IMG/VR virus record: IMGVR_UViG_2695420485_000017 | DNA from: a virus | Taxonomy: Duplodnaviria > Heunggongvirae > Uroviricota > Caudoviricetes | Length of the DNA: 38,866 bases | Strand: one strand, 5' to 3' | Shown: positions 8,698-20,292 of the stretch, piece after piece | Position numbering within the stretch: position 1 is the stretch's first letter | How the letters are laid out: each line of letters starts with the position of its first letter | The notes under the pieces: generated by a model | Seen by the model: the letters and a program-made list of their open reading frames with translations, nothing else | What the model was told of the DNA's origin: nothing | Database searches by the model: none | Program-made: the position numbers and the translations under genes

Positions 8698-10160
8698 TCC
8701 ACCGTAAATTGAATGCCTGATTTTGAGGTATATGATCCGGATTGACTCTGCTGCTGTTGGGTATTTGTCGGTTGTTGGCTATTGCTCTGTTGTTGACTAT
8801 TTGCAGCACTTGAAACCACCAAAGCATCATAAACGCGACCAGACTGACCACGTAATGAGTTATATTGGCCCTGCATTTTTCGCATTTTTGTTTCAGTAGC
8901 AGCCTTGGAATCACCAGGCTGAGGCAGGTACATTTTGGAATACTCCTGCATCTCTGGCAGAGTAATTGCTGCACCTGTTTCTGGGCGCAAAATTGCATAC
9001 AAGGCGTCTCTCGCATTTACCATATATTGCTGCTCCGCTGGTGATAGGCTTAAATTTGCAATAGTCCCATCGCCAAGAGAGCGATTTATTAATGCAACTC
9101 GCTTTGGATCAATGCTTTTACTAAGCTGATTCATTGAGTCCATTGAGTCTTTTAATCGCAAAGCAAATCCTGCCGCCTTCTTGGAACCCTCATTAGCCTT
9201 ATCTATGATGCTTTGCGCTTGTGGCAAGCTAATTGGTTTAATACCATCACCAGATATAGGTTGGTTTAGTTTTCCGGCTTCCTCGCTTCCATCGGTGTAA
9301 TACTTAGTTACCGAGCCATCAGGATTGGTTTCAACCTTAAGTAATCTCTTAGCGTTGGGATTAATTCCCGCCGCTGCCGCAAATGCCGCTGCCCCCTCTG
9401 GATCCGCCTTTAACATTTGCGCATACTGATTGTAATTCTGCATTGCGGCTGTTGGTGCATATGCTGACGTTAACGCATTTGCTCGGCTAATATCCTGTCC
9501 TCTCACCTGAAGTGCCTCGCCAGCCTGATTGCTGCGGATTGTCTCTGCCAGCCTGCCTCGGTCAATTTCACGACCAGCCATCTTGTCCTGAACATTGAAG
9601 TAATCAATCGGACCAAGCGCAGCCATCCCAAGGTGATCAACAAACTCACTAAATCCTGAAGGATTCTGCTGATACATCTGAGCAACGTTATTAGGGTCAA
9701 CACCGACACGAGTAAGTTCCTTGGCGTTGTTTTGCAGCCATGATTGCATTGCTTCTGGAGACGATGCCGCAAGACGAGCGCCAGCCGATAAGGTTCCGAT
9801 AGAATTGCGCTGGTCTTCATCAATGAATCCCATGCCTTTACGAACGGATTCAATCTGGTCTGGATATTGAGTAGCCAACTGACGCAAAGCACCGCGATCA
9901 CCAGACGCATAAGCATTAGCGTATGCCTGCTGAAATTCTTTCTGCCGCTGAGCCTGCTTTTCCTGCTGAAACACCCCCGCAATACCTGAAAGGCCTTGCA
10001 AAGCAGTCAGCCCAACATTGTTAGCGCCTGAACGCTCAATATCATTGTTCTGCCTGATAAGCTGAAGCGTATTGCCGATGTCATTTACTCTCGGAGCGTT
10101 TGAGTTGATGCCGCCGATACCAGCCAACAATCCGCCATTTGCCCCCTGCCAAGTAGCCAT
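8694..10160 (-). CDS. Ejection/DNA-transfer protein, P22 gp20-like
   Basis: 488-aa ORF, position between gp7-like and gp16-like genes; ATG start. Confidence 0.75.
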   Translation of the reverse strand: MATWQGANGGLLAGIGGINSNAPRVNDIGNTLQLIRQNNDIERSGANNVGLTALQGLSGIAGVFQQEKQAQRQKEFQQAYANAYASGDRGALRQLATQYPDQIESVRKGMGFIDEDQRNSIGTLSAGARLAASSPEAMQSWLQNNAKELTRVGVDPNNVAQMYQQNPSGFSEFVDHLGMAALGPIDYFNVQDKMAGREIDRGRLAETIRSNQAGEALQVRGQDISRANALTSAYAPTAAMQNYNQYAQMLKADPEGAAAFAAAAGINPNAKRLLKVETNPDGSVTKYYTDGSEEAGKLNQPISGDGIKPISLPQAQSIIDKANEGSKKAAGFALRLKDSMDSMNQLSKSIDPKRVALINRSLGDGTIANLSLSPAEQQYMVNARDALYAILRPETGAAITLPEMQEYSKMYLPQPGDSKAATETKMRKMQGQYNSLRGQSGRVYDALVVSSAANSQQQSNSQQPTNTQQQQSQSGSYTSKSGIQFTVE

Positions 10161-10169
10161 GATTCCCCC

Positions 10170-10862
10170 TTAAAACAACGAGCCAAGCAATCCGATACCA
10201 GCACCAATGCCAGCGCCCCAAGGTGTTGATGTTCCCAAAAGACTGGCAAGACCTGCACCGGCAATCGCACCAGACGTGCCACCGCTAATTGCAGTCTGAA
10301 GACTTGATGGTTTATTGGCATTAGCAGCGGCAAGTGCTGCGCTTTGCTGTGCAATGCTGCTCATGTTGTTGGCGTATGTCTGCCCGGCGTTCGCCTGACC
10401 TTGCAGCGCACCAAGGCCAATGTTTGCCAGATTGTTGTAGTTGCTCATCTGGTTTGATAACCAAGACTGACCGAGAGTCGGCGCGATCGTAGCCAGTTGA
10501 TTGCTTGTGGCTGTCGAACCAAGTCCTCCCGTAGCCTCCGCAGCAGCAAGACTCTGGTAACGAGCCTGACCTGCAAGGTCTTTATACTGCTGAGAGTTGT
10601 AATACTGATTAAGTGCCTGACCCTGTCCTTCTAAACTGGAAAGGTTCTGAAGCTGGTTAACATACTGCTCCGCAAGCGGCGTGAACGGAGCAAGGTTTTT
10701 CATGATCGTCTGCCACTGCTGATTTTGCAGGTCTGCGGCATACTTCTGAGCTTCTGCTGCATACTTTGCGCTTTTATCAGAGCTGCCACCTTTCCCGCCT
10801 TTTTCAGGGCAATAAGGTTCCTCGCCGCGCAGTTTTCTGCCCAGCTTAAATGCATATAACAT
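10170..10862 (-). CDS. Ejection protein, P22 gp7-like
   Basis: 230-aa ORF, Gly/Ala-rich C-terminus, N-terminus MLYAFKLGRKLRGEEPY; synteny. Confidence 0.75.
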   Translation of the reverse strand: MLYAFKLGRKLRGEEPYCPEKGGKGGSSDKSAKYAAEAQKYAADLQNQQWQTIMKNLAPFTPLAEQYVNQLQNLSSLEGQGQALNQYYNSQQYKDLAGQARYQSLAAAEATGGLGSTATSNQLATIAPTLGQSWLSNQMSNYNNLANIGLGALQGQANAGQTYANNMSSIAQQSAALAAANANKPSSLQTAISGGTSGAIAGAGLASLLGTSTPWGAGIGAGIGLLGSLF

Positions 10863-10864
10863 GG

Positions 10865-11320
10865 CTATCTCCCGTGATTCAGGAAGTCGATTAGTTCTTC
10901 GCGTGTCGCGCTGTAAAACGTCACGTCATCCACGCCTTTGAAGTATTTCTTGATGGTTCCTACACGATTAAGGCCAATCATTGCGCAGTACATCTGACCG
11001 TGGCGGAATTTGCGCGCAGCGAACGATGTGACGCACTGAACGGTGGTGTTAGTCAGAATGTATCGCCAGAACGCCAGCCCGATTTCCTTGCTGAAGCCGC
11101 GAATCTCTGGCAGGTACATGGCGTGGCAATCGAATGTCAGCGGCTGAATCTCCTGATAGTAAACAATGCCGCCAAACTGCCCGTGCACGTTAACCTCAAA
11201 GTAACGGCAATCATGTTTGTAGTCGTATCCATCACCGTTGTTGCTCCCGGCAATAATGTCAGGGTGATTTCCGACTGCTTCGATCAGGTCGATGTTTCGC
11301 GTTGGTTTGAATGTAATCAT
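10865..11320 (-). CDS. gp14-like virion/assembly protein
   Basis: 151-aa ORF between tail needle and gp7-like genes; start overlaps gp26-like stop. Confidence 0.65.
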   Translation of the reverse strand: MITFKPTRNIDLIEAVGNHPDIIAGSNNGDGYDYKHDCRYFEVNVHGQFGGIVYYQEIQPLTFDCHAMYLPEIRGFSKEIGLAFWRYILTNTTVQCVTSFAARKFRHGQMYCAMIGLNRVGTIKKYFKGVDDVTFYSATREELIDFLNHGR

Positions 11321-12021
11321 CAGTCAATCAGCCCATGTAATCTAAGTGCCGTTTCAAGCGCCAGAATACGCTGCCGCGCCTGCTGCAAACCTGTAGCGAG
11401 AGCTGCGACTTCGGATTGTGTGTACGTAGCGCCGACTGTGTATGACTGGTTAGCGTTGAATGAGCCAAGAAGAGGTGTACCTGTGGCTGCAGTCCATCCG
11501 GTATTTCTTGCTCCAACAACCTGAATTCCATCAACTGAAAGTGATGTTTTTACATCCAGTGGTGACGCAAGAGACTGCGATTCTGTTACGGTTTTCGATA
11601 CGTAATCACTCTTAATGCCAGAGACATCGTTTTCTACGTCATCCAGTCTTTGGTCAACAGTGACCAGATGCGCCTGAATATCGATAACCTCATCCAGCAA
11701 GTAATCAACATCGCTACGCAGTACGACTATCTTCCCTTCGGCAGTTGTTAACCTGACCTCAAGGAGATTTATCGCTTTTGTGTTTGCGGAGATTCTTGCA
11801 TCGTGGTCAGCCAGTTCGACATCCTGCTCATCGTTTTTTACCTGGGCATCATAGGCGCCCTGACCAGCCTGATTTGCCTTCCCGGCAATTGCGCCAACAT
11901 CAGCACCCTGATTTATGACATACAGCAGGTAAGACTGGCTGAATATATTGCGTGGCAAAATTGAAGCATCAAGGCGCGTAGCCTGAACCGCGACAGGATT
12001 ATTCAGTGATGAATCCGCCAT
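11320..12021 (-). CDS. Tail needle protein, P22 gp26-like
   Basis: 233 aa; N-terminus [25 protein letters not shown] and C-terminus [21 protein letters not shown] as recalled for P22 gp26. Confidence 0.85.
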   Translation of the reverse strand: MADSSLNNPVAVQATRLDASILPRNIFSQSYLLYVINQGADVGAIAGKANQAGQGAYDAQVKNDEQDVELADHDARISANTKAINLLEVRLTTAEGKIVVLRSDVDYLLDEVIDIQAHLVTVDQRLDDVENDVSGIKSDYVSKTVTESQSLASPLDVKTSLSVDGIQVVGARNTGWTAATGTPLLGSFNANQSYTVGATYTQSEVAALATGLQQARQRILALETALRLHGLID

Positions 12022-13439
12022 TACTCAATCCTTATCTGGCAGCCAGACAGAGTGACAGGTGACTTAGTGATAACGCGCAATTTGAAGCCGACATTTTTCC
12101 TTATTCGCCCGACGCGCTTCCACAAAACGCGTTTGTCGTAAACGAACGGTTCATTCTGCTCAATCATCTGCTCACGCCCGTAATTGATGCCGTCAGTGGT
12201 TGCAGAGAGAAAAAGGCGGTCAGCATACTGCGCAACGCCAGTTGAAGATTCAACTTCAAGGTCGAAAACTCTGGCGTTATCCGCTTTGAACAACGGAGTA
12301 AACAGCAGGTGTTCCTGCTGCTTGTCGTACTGGCTGCTGATATCGAACTGCAATTTGCCGGTAACCGATTCCAGCTTATCGCCGCACGTTATCTGATTGC
12401 CTTCGTAAATGAAGTCGATAGCGCGGTACACATCATCATACAGTCCTGTTTTCAGCACACACCATTGCGGACCATTGGCGCTTGAAGATGCGTCGTACAC
12501 GAGAACATGGCGCGGAAGGTGGATAATCAGCAACTCATGAGCATCAAATCTCAGCGATTCCATCACACCATCAGCCAGTTCATCAGCAGTGTAGGAGCGG
12601 AGGATTTTCTCAATGCTCGCGCTGGCGATTGGTGACACCTGACCGGAGCCGATGATGTATACAGACGGCGCACCTGTTGCCGGATTGCTGATGAATGCAT
12701 AAGAATCAGCAAACGGCGTTTTGCAGTAAGTCCCGGCAATGCCTTTCTGCACCATCAGCGATGGTTGTGCAACATACAAAGCGGCACCAACGGTGGTTGC
12801 ACCAGTCAGGGAGAAATATTCAATCGTCGATGAACCAAAGCAGACGATGAAGTCTCGCCATGTCCCGATGCCGATGATGCCGTCCGGCTGCGATTCTGCG
12901 CGATATTGTGCGCTGTAGCGGTCAGGATGCGATTCGTCTTCAAGGTCAGTGATAAACCATGAATCAGTTCCGTCTTTTGACCACGCATAACGCCCACGTA
13001 AGCGCGTAATGTCGCGAACTGAACCTAACTCGTACTGTGTGAATCCGCTGTCTGTAGGCCAGTTTGAGACGGTTTTAACCGTGCCATCATAGCGGTATTC
13101 GACCAGTTGCCCGTTAACGCCTACCGCCTGTGATGTTCGACCATGCGCCATTGATACGCGACCACTTCCGGCAACATCACCGACCTCACTTTCGCCCTTA
13201 TACAGTTTGCCACCACACACGCGATAAACAGCATTCTGCGCCATGTTGTACTCGACGCCTCGCGATACGCCGTTCACATCAGAACGTTTGGCAATGCCCG
13301 GGAATGAGCGAAGATATCCGCTGCTGTTCAGGATTTCTTTGGGTGTAGCCAGCATATTCACTGGCAGATAGTCGATATAGTCGGCGTTTCGAAAGTCTTT
13401 GCCGACACCTTTCATAAGCGGAAGTTGCTGAATCGGCAT
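12021..13439 (-). CDS. Tail hub protein, P22 gp10-like
   Basis: 472 aa; strong similarity to recalled P22 gp10 ([11 protein letters not shown]...SGCQIRIE). Confidence 0.9.
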   Translation of the reverse strand: MPIQQLPLMKGVGKDFRNADYIDYLPVNMLATPKEILNSSGYLRSFPGIAKRSDVNGVSRGVEYNMAQNAVYRVCGGKLYKGESEVGDVAGSGRVSMAHGRTSQAVGVNGQLVEYRYDGTVKTVSNWPTDSGFTQYELGSVRDITRLRGRYAWSKDGTDSWFITDLEDESHPDRYSAQYRAESQPDGIIGIGTWRDFIVCFGSSTIEYFSLTGATTVGAALYVAQPSLMVQKGIAGTYCKTPFADSYAFISNPATGAPSVYIIGSGQVSPIASASIEKILRSYTADELADGVMESLRFDAHELLIIHLPRHVLVYDASSSANGPQWCVLKTGLYDDVYRAIDFIYEGNQITCGDKLESVTGKLQFDISSQYDKQQEHLLFTPLFKADNARVFDLEVESSTGVAQYADRLFLSATTDGINYGREQMIEQNEPFVYDKRVLWKRVGRIRKNVGFKLRVITKSPVTLSGCQIRIE

Positions 13440-13447
13440 TTATTCAC

Positions 13448-13930
13448 CTATGCGTTTGGGATATCGCCATCAATCATAGGGAGATCGCCTGGATAATATC
13501 GGTCAGATGTAAACACGTCATATTTATTACCCTGTCCTACAGGAAAATCTCCACGTCGTCGCATTGAAGGAACAACCAGAGTGTCGGTCATCAAGGCATC
13601 AAATGAGCGTTGGGCGTTACTGAGAACTTGCGGAGTTGGTTCAAGGCTGTAATCAGATAGCATTCTCAGCAATAACTGATAGCCTACTGCGTGTTTGTAT
13701 TTTCTTGGAAGACCAGACTCATCATCTGGTAATGGCTGCTCATCTCCAGTTGCGAAAGAGTAACCAATGTCGCCGGGGTTAATCATCCACTCGGACATCA
13801 TATCTTCCAGATCATTTACACCATCTTCAATTGATTGCGGCTCAACATCAGTCAGCGATGCATTAGAAGCAATAGCAAACTTACGAAGCGCAAAAAGGAC
13901 GATCTCACCCTTTGTCAGTACTGTTGCCAT
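13448..13930 (-). CDS. Head-tail adaptor, P22 gp4-like
   Basis: 160 aa, conserved LTDVEPQS motif, synteny upstream of gp10. Confidence 0.8.
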   Translation of the reverse strand: MATVLTKGEIVLFALRKFAIASNASLTDVEPQSIEDGVNDLEDMMSEWMINPGDIGYSFATGDEQPLPDDESGLPRKYKHAVGYQLLLRMLSDYSLEPTPQVLSNAQRSFDALMTDTLVVPSMRRRGDFPVGQGNKYDVFTSDRYYPGDLPMIDGDIPNA

Positions 13931-14090
13931 TGTCTGCCGCCTTACGACCTCGCTTACTGGTCGGTTTCAATTCATCAACTGAGGCAACAAAGCCCAACTT
14001 TTCGAAAAACTGGAAGTCTTTTTCTGCGATAACGGCCTGCACATGCCCGGATTCGTTATCTGCGGCAAGGAATACACTCATTCGATCCAT
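13905..14090 (-). CDS. Hypothetical small protein
   Basis: 61-aa ORF with AGGAA RBS starting just after the coat terminator; overlaps gp4-like start by 26 nt. Confidence 0.35.
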   Translation of the reverse strand: MDRMSVFLAADNESGHVQAVIAEKDFQFFEKLGFVASVDELKPTSKRGRKAADNGNSTDKG

Positions 14091-14100
14091 ATTGTTTCCT

Positions 14101-14126
14101 TAAAACAAAAGGGGCGGAAGCCCCTT
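14101..14126 (-). terminator. Rho-independent terminator after coat gene
   Basis: AAGGGGC-ttcc-GCCCCTT followed by TTGTTTTA, immediately after coat stop. Confidence 0.7.
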
Positions 14127-14130
14127 GTTA

Positions 14131-15402
14131 TTACGGATTACCGAAGAACTGACCACCCATGTGAGGGTTAAAGCACACATATGCAGGCAGTAAGTCGAAG
14201 CGCATTTTTTGCACGTTGGCATCGCCATCTGCGTATTTATGTACGCGGATGGAGAAACCTTCATATGTTGCAACAGCAGAATCAATACTGTGCAGTTTCG
14301 GTAGTGGGATAGAGCCAAGGCCACAGAAGAACTTGTTATAGAACAGGTTGGGCTTCATTGTCTGGCTAGCAGTGCCTACCACAGATACGGCATCGCCTGC
14401 CGCTACCTGACGACTTACAGAGTTGTACTGCGGGTTTGTAGTGTCATAAATCGGAACTCCAGAAAGCGTAACCGTCACATCGCCACTGCTGTCTGAATTA
14501 GCATCAGCAGTAACCGTTGCAGTGAAGCTAATTGGTGTGGCTCCGTTATACAACGCCTGTTTGGTCTGCTGTTGCAGCCAGTAGGTATTGGTGAATTTAA
14601 CCTGATCACCAGCTTTCAGAAAACCTGTAACGCTGGCTGTCGCTCCGGTCAATGTTACAGTGAACTGGTATGAGTCTTTAACTGCGTTATAGGTAACAGT
14701 TGGCTGTGTTTTGACTGTCAGTGTTCCGCCAAATGCCCCCTGCGTACGAGAGGCAAGCCCATTAGACATCAGTGCGCGAATGCCGCCAAAATTGGTTGGG
14801 ATCTGCGCATTCTCCCATGCAGTACGAACCAATTGATCTGAAGCGTGCAAACCAGTCTGCGCATCAGCAAGTCGCTGTGCAGACCATGGATCCATTACAG
14901 CATAGTTTTCACCTTCATTAACGCCGAGGTCTTTCAGGAAAGATGCCGTCTGCGCAACATCAGACCATTTGGTGATTGGAGTATTGGGGCTACCAAGTGA
15001 CAACGCACCGTTATTCATCATGAAGTGAGCAAGCTCTGTTTCAAGGTCGGTAACGATTCGCTGGCGAACCGGCGCGAGAATTTCCTCCAGTTGGTTAAGC
15101 TTGATCGCTTCCTCCAGTTGCTGATATTCAACAGCAACAGTGATGTAGTTACCTACACGCCCCGTAGCTTTACCTGAGATCAGGTTGTTTTTATTTTGCC
15201 CTGAAATATCACCAGTGGGAGTACGGAGGGATGAGAATTGATGCGGACGTTTAAAGCTAACGCTATCGCCAGTGCTGGAGTTGATTTCACCTGCCAGCAA
15301 CTGACGGTCTACGGTTTTCGCCAGAACTAAATCTGACATAAAACCCGGAAGGAATTTTTTCAGAACGATTTGACTGACGTTACTGTCGAGATTGTTAGGC
15401 AT
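14131..15402 (-). CDS. Major capsid (coat) protein, Sf6/P22 gp5-like
   Basis: 423 aa, position after scaffold, followed by strong terminator. Confidence 0.85.
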   Translation of the reverse strand: MPNNLDSNVSQIVLKKFLPGFMSDLVLAKTVDRQLLAGEINSSTGDSVSFKRPHQFSSLRTPTGDISGQNKNNLISGKATGRVGNYITVAVEYQQLEEAIKLNQLEEILAPVRQRIVTDLETELAHFMMNNGALSLGSPNTPITKWSDVAQTASFLKDLGVNEGENYAVMDPWSAQRLADAQTGLHASDQLVRTAWENAQIPTNFGGIRALMSNGLASRTQGAFGGTLTVKTQPTVTYNAVKDSYQFTVTLTGATASVTGFLKAGDQVKFTNTYWLQQQTKQALYNGATPISFTATVTADANSDSSGDVTVTLSGVPIYDTTNPQYNSVSRQVAAGDAVSVVGTASQTMKPNLFYNKFFCGLGSIPLPKLHSIDSAVATYEGFSIRVHKYADGDANVQKMRFDLLPAYVCFNPHMGGQFFGNP

Positions 15403-15413
15403 TTATCTTTTCC

Positions 15414-16298
15414 TTATTCGATTTTTGCGCCGGGGCATAATTTGTTGAATTCGTCTTGTTTCGCATCAGCACCGCCACCACGTACTTCCGGCTCTGGCTT
15501 GATGGCTTTCTTTGGTTTTGGAGCAAGGCTTACCTGTTTGCTAATCTGCCCCAAGAGGAATGCTGCGCGAATTGGATCTGTCTCAGCGGCTACACGCTGG
15601 CGTAATTGCTGGCTCTTACCTAAGCCATAGGCGAGTAGTTCAGAGCCTTCGTCTGCACAGTGAATGATGATTTCCTGCTGAATTGGTGGTAGCTCACTAA
15701 GAACAATGGCCTCCATTTCCTGATAATCTTTCACAGGAAGTTTGGCTGCCCGTTGTTTATGCGCTTCTACCCTTTGCTGGAAACGCTGTTGGTATTCCTG
15801 TTGCTGACGTAGTTTTTGTTGCTGCTGCTGTTCGACACGGCCTTTTTTCTCATGCCAATCAGTCAATGCCTGTTCAAACGCCTGTTCGTCATAATCACAC
15901 GACTCAAGAGTCGGTTTTGGTGGAATAGCGTCTGGTTGTGGTTGCTGATGTTCCGCAGGCTTGGCTAATGCTTCCTCAAGCTGGCGGCGCAACTCACGGT
16001 TTTCTTTCTGTGTTTCTTTGAAGCCTTTGCGAAGATCTTTCACCCATTGCGGTGCAGGTTGCCCGTCAATGTGATCATCATCGTCAGCGTTAAGCTGAAT
16101 TTCTTCATCACCAATACGCAAGGCGTAATCTTCTGGTGTCTCTTCGATTTTTTCAGGATCAGTTTCCATCTCTTTTCCGTTGTCATCCTGGCTTTCATTC
16201 TCAGGCTGTGACTCTGTTTGGATGATGGTTTCTTCTGCATTTTCCTGTGTTTCAGACAGGTCAATAACCTGACCGTCGATGATCAGTTCGTTTTCCAT
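15414..16298 (-). CDS. Scaffolding protein
   Basis: 294 aa, highly acidic N-terminus and Gln-rich coiled-coil region; between portal and coat. Confidence 0.75.
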   Translation of the reverse strand: MENELIIDGQVIDLSETQENAEETIIQTESQPENESQDDNGKEMETDPEKIEETPEDYALRIGDEEIQLNADDDDHIDGQPAPQWVKDLRKGFKETQKENRELRRQLEEALAKPAEHQQPQPDAIPPKPTLESCDYDEQAFEQALTDWHEKKGRVEQQQQQKLRQQQEYQQRFQQRVEAHKQRAAKLPVKDYQEMEAIVLSELPPIQQEIIIHCADEGSELLAYGLGKSQQLRQRVAAETDPIRAAFLLGQISKQVSLAPKPKKAIKPEPEVRGGGADAKQDEFNKLCPGAKIE

Positions 16299-16311
16299 TG
16301 ATTACTCCTGG

Positions 16312-18438
16312 TTAACTCGGCATTAAGTCTGCCGGTGACTGTGGTGGTGACTGGAATTGCTGTTGTTGTGACTCGGCGACATCTTTCAGAAGGCGTATTG
16401 CCTCCATCACTGCTTTGTCATCGATGTTTCTGGCTTGAGCCAGTTTATAGACAGTGTTTGCCTGACTCTCCATCGCATCCTGCTGGGCAGTAAATGCTTT
16501 GATTTGAGTTTGAGCAGTTTCGTTAGTTGCTTTTTGCGCTTCTGCCTGCGCTGCTACCATTTGCGCCTGAGCGAGAACCATTTCAGGATTTGGCTGGCTT
16601 TGTGCTGCCATTTGCGCCTGTTGAACAATCTGCTGCTCTTTCTCATTGCGTGGTTTTGCAATACCAGATATCAGCAGTTGGTTTCGGTTGTACTCTTTGA
16701 AGTCATCAAGGCCTTCGCCATCGATATTGTCCAGAATAATACCCTGAATTGCCGGGCGCATTGGGTCTGTTGGAAGCATAGAGCTAAGGACATTTGTCAG
16801 TACAGAAACCGTTGCATCACGTCGTGCTGTGTAGCTTGGTCCAACATCAACCGTCACATCGTATCGCCCGACAGAAAGGTCATTTAACGCAACAACAGCC
16901 CCTGTTTGCCTGTCAACAACCTGTGCGCTCAGGACAGCGATATCATCACTTCCATCTTCGTTAACGATGCGCACTTCACGTTCTGAACCGTACACTTCAC
17001 GCGCCATTGACAGCCATACTTCACCAGCGCGTTTAAGACTTTTCGCCATATTGTCCAGATAGATAAACGAAGCCATATCTGCTCTGTTCATCAAGTTGTT
17101 AACCGTTTCCTGAGCAATATTACTTGGCATCTGCTGCATGGCCTGACTGCCGCCTGTAACCTCCTGAATATCAGCACTGGTTTGCTGTAGTAATGCAGCC
17201 AATGCCTGATTCATAACCGCAGGCTGTGTATATCCTGCCGGGGTAGCTCCAGCGATAATGTTGCCAGATTTATCTCTCACTTCGCGCAACGGCAAGAACG
17301 CTGGGCGTTTCTTGTTGCGAGCCTCCCAGTGCTTCTCAAGTCCACGAATTTGCTCCATGCCAACTATAGGGATCTGACCGGGGTCTTGTGCTGCAGTATC
17401 AGCCAGCATTGAAACCTGAAGGTTGTACAAACGCTGTGGATCCATTGCTTTTGCAATGTGCCCTTCGACACGCTCAATGTCATCAATGAACCAGCGTTTT
17501 CCATAAACCGGGATGAGGGGGATATGCTCACCAGGAATACGTCGAGGTTTCTCAAGGAAACCATCACCATCCACTACTGATACATACACACGACGGCGCT
17601 TCACTGAGCGCCTTGCAACTTCCTGAAATCCAGCTATTGCCAGTTCATCTTCAATATCTTCGACCTGATCACTGTCGTATGTTGCAATCTCTCCAGTGAT
17701 TGGATGTCGATAACTGATAACATCAACAGACTCTTTACGAACTTCGTAATACTTCGCTATGTAAATAACATCTGCATCAAACCAGTCATATTCCCAACTG
17801 GTCATAGACGTTACGTCCAGAGAAGCAGGAGGTTTCTTTCCGTATTCAGCCTCATATTTTTCAGGTGACAACGAATACATACAGAACGCCCACAACGCGT
17901 CAGATTTGTCGTACTTCTTAGCGTCAGGGTCAAACCACACAGAGCGCGACGGGTCGTATATTGGTTCAATAGCAATACGCTGACGATCGTCCATGGGGTC
18001 GTATTCATTGACCAGCATCGACGTCAAACGGAAGCAACCGAAACCACCAGTAGCAGCGTCGTCAAATGCATTATCGCAAGCCTCACCGCCATCAGTTTCT
18101 TCGTAGTCAGCACGGAACAGACCATTTAATTTATTGGCTAACTCTTCGCTTGCCTCTCTGTCACCAGGACGAAACTTAACGGTGATTCTGTTATTGCGGT
18201 ATTCTGCAATGATGCGGTTAAGTTCAGTTGCAACCTTATTGATTTCAAACTTAGGATACTTCTCGAACTGCTCATCAAGCTTAGTTCCAGCCGCCGTTGC
18301 TCCTTCCCATTGACCTCCGGGGACACGAGCAAACCTCGTAGCTTCAATGCACTTTTCGCGCACTTCCTGCTGTGGAGAATAGGCGCGGTCAAACCTGAGC
18401 ATGATCCGCTCATGTTTTTTCTCTAATGTCTCTGCCAT
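16312..18438 (-). CDS. Portal protein, P22 gp1-like
   Basis: Conserved motifs KRRRVY, GEHIPLIPV; start ATG 18438 (MAETLEKK) overlapping terminase stop; ORF track extends further upstream. Confidence 0.9.
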   Translation of the reverse strand: MAETLEKKHERIMLRFDRAYSPQQEVREKCIEATRFARVPGGQWEGATAAGTKLDEQFEKYPKFEINKVATELNRIIAEYRNNRITVKFRPGDREASEELANKLNGLFRADYEETDGGEACDNAFDDAATGGFGCFRLTSMLVNEYDPMDDRQRIAIEPIYDPSRSVWFDPDAKKYDKSDALWAFCMYSLSPEKYEAEYGKKPPASLDVTSMTSWEYDWFDADVIYIAKYYEVRKESVDVISYRHPITGEIATYDSDQVEDIEDELAIAGFQEVARRSVKRRRVYVSVVDGDGFLEKPRRIPGEHIPLIPVYGKRWFIDDIERVEGHIAKAMDPQRLYNLQVSMLADTAAQDPGQIPIVGMEQIRGLEKHWEARNKKRPAFLPLREVRDKSGNIIAGATPAGYTQPAVMNQALAALLQQTSADIQEVTGGSQAMQQMPSNIAQETVNNLMNRADMASFIYLDNMAKSLKRAGEVWLSMAREVYGSEREVRIVNEDGSDDIAVLSAQVVDRQTGAVVALNDLSVGRYDVTVDVGPSYTARRDATVSVLTNVLSSMLPTDPMRPAIQGIILDNIDGEGLDDFKEYNRNQLLISGIAKPRNEKEQQIVQQAQMAAQSQPNPEMVLAQAQMVAAQAEAQKATNETAQTQIKAFTAQQDAMESQANTVYKLAQARNIDDKAVMEAIRLLKDVAESQQQQFQSPPQSPADLMPS

Positions 18439-18440
18439 GT

Positions 18441-19853
18441 TTACCAACCGGAGGATGAGGGAACGTATATTTCTGTTTCTTCGCGGACCAATGCCGGGCA
18501 ATGCATACACATCATCAGAGCATCAGCCAGGTTGGGAGATGGAATACCGAGCTTCTGCTTCATTTCGACCTTAGTCATTAGCTCCAGCTTCCCGTTGTTA
18601 TTGAATTTGCGCTGAATCTGCGTCAGTTCTGCAAACAGCTTCTCCAGCATATTCTCGCCTATCGCTTCTTTATCGAAACTCAGCATGTCGTCGGGGTCTG
18701 CATACTCACCGTGAACAACCGCCCGATATGTCAGATACAGCCTGTCAGCCAGCGCGTAATAGAATTGCGCTCGCTTATTGCGGAATACATCGCCAATAGT
18801 GCGAACATTGTCGCCCTGTACGACTTCATCAGCCCATGCTCCGGCCTGATATGGCGCATCTTCATCGAATGGCGATTCGCTGCCCTTGAACATCGTGGCG
18901 GTGATTTTCTTGCCGGAGAACGCTTCCGTTGTCTGTCTGCGTAGCCCGGCACCAACACCATCACCATCCCACAGGTAATGGTCAGCGCCGTCTTCAATCG
19001 CCAGCGAAGTAGCCCAGTCAGCACCCTCGTTGATGTCCATCAGCAGGCCTTCGGCAATGCGCTTAACAACCGAACCGTGACGCGATGCATAACCTTTAGC
19101 ATCTGGCCCTGTATCTGATGGGTCATGCGCAGAGACAACAGCGCCTTTCGCTTTCCATCCGAGTTTCTTGTGCGCATCGGTTGCGGCTTCAAGCCATTCA
19201 CGTTTGATGATTGCCATATCACTTGCGCTTACTGGCTCACCAAGCCAGATGTGACGATACAGTGTCGGGTTTCTGCGTTTACACTCTTCCATCTCCAGAC
19301 GGAGAACTTCAGGAAAATGCGGGTTGTCGGTGTAGTTCACCGTCAGCAGGCAAATATCATCGGGAGGATTTACGACGAATCGCTGATAGGTATCGTCGAG
19401 GATGTTCTTCGGGTTAAAGCTCACCCATATTTCGGAAAACGGCTTGCGGATGGTTGGTATCAGGATATCCCATGATTCCTTCGTTACCGCTTCCGCTTCT
19501 TCCACCCAGCAGATATCAATGCCTTCGAGCGATTTAATCTTCGTCGGGTTGTTTTTGATGCCATAGAACATGAATTCAGCATTCGTTCCGAGATGACGAA
19601 TCATTGAACGCTGAATTTCAAACTCAGCCGAATACCCTTCACGCTCGATGGTATCTTCAAGCAACCGGATTACCGAATCGCTGATACTGTTTTGCAGTTC
19701 ACGAGCGCAGAGAATACGCACAGGCTGCCGACGTGCCGCCTCAACAAGCAGCCTCGCAATTGCCCATGATTTACCGCTACCTCGACCGCCTTTGGCGACT
19801 TTGTAGCGATGCGCCTCAATGAACGGTTCAAAGATAGGATTAATCGAGGTCAT
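18441..19853 (-). CDS. Terminase large subunit
   Basis: 470 aa, Walker A KGGRGSGKS near N-terminus; Sf6 gp2-like length. Confidence 0.9.
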   Translation of the reverse strand: MTSINPIFEPFIEAHRYKVAKGGRGSGKSWAIARLLVEAARRQPVRILCARELQNSISDSVIRLLEDTIEREGYSAEFEIQRSMIRHLGTNAEFMFYGIKNNPTKIKSLEGIDICWVEEAEAVTKESWDILIPTIRKPFSEIWVSFNPKNILDDTYQRFVVNPPDDICLLTVNYTDNPHFPEVLRLEMEECKRRNPTLYRHIWLGEPVSASDMAIIKREWLEAATDAHKKLGWKAKGAVVSAHDPSDTGPDAKGYASRHGSVVKRIAEGLLMDINEGADWATSLAIEDGADHYLWDGDGVGAGLRRQTTEAFSGKKITATMFKGSESPFDEDAPYQAGAWADEVVQGDNVRTIGDVFRNKRAQFYYALADRLYLTYRAVVHGEYADPDDMLSFDKEAIGENMLEKLFAELTQIQRKFNNNGKLELMTKVEMKQKLGIPSPNLADALMMCMHCPALVREETEIYVPSSSGW

Positions 19854-20290
19854 TTTCCGAATAGAGTACTCATCGGTGATGTTTCAATCTGGATTGCGCC
19901 GCCGTCTTTGCCTGTTAGCTCGTGATCAACCTTGTCGCGCCATTTATCCTTCTGTCGATTCTTAAGCCAGAAGATGGCAGCTGTTGTATCAGGCGGGTAA
20001 TACTTCTCAAGCGGAGTTTCGACAATTCTGTTTTCAATAACACGAATATCGATGTCTGGAGCCACGAAGCCCATAGCGCGTTGATAAAGACGATCACTAA
20101 CTTCTGCATCAGCGACGGCCTTCCCCTTTTTTATGGACTCCGAAAACTTAGGATAATCAATCTTCCACTTGTTAATAGTTGACTCACTGACTTCAAAGAA
20201 ATCAGCAAGTTCTGCATCGGTGTAGCCCAGCAAGCACAGTTTGCGTGCCTGTTCGGCATACGCCTCTTGATACTTTGTTGGGCGCGCCAT
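19850..20290 (-). CDS. Terminase small subunit (Sf6 gp1-like)
   Basis: 146 aa, HTH-like N-terminus, C-terminus GKDGGAIQIETSPMSTLFGK as recalled for Sf6 small terminase; overlaps large subunit start. Confidence 0.8.
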   Translation of the reverse strand: MARPTKYQEAYAEQARKLCLLGYTDAELADFFEVSESTINKWKIDYPKFSESIKKGKAVADAEVSDRLYQRAMGFVAPDIDIRVIENRIVETPLEKYYPPDTTAAIFWLKNRQKDKWRDKVDHELTGKDGGAIQIETSPMSTLFGK

Positions 20291-20292
20291 GT

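Noticed and set aside
9503-9982. Long antisense and alternative-frame ORFs inside structural genes (also 11000-11524 and 16435-16887)
   Set aside because: Shadow ORFs fully contained within well-supported genes on the opposite strand.
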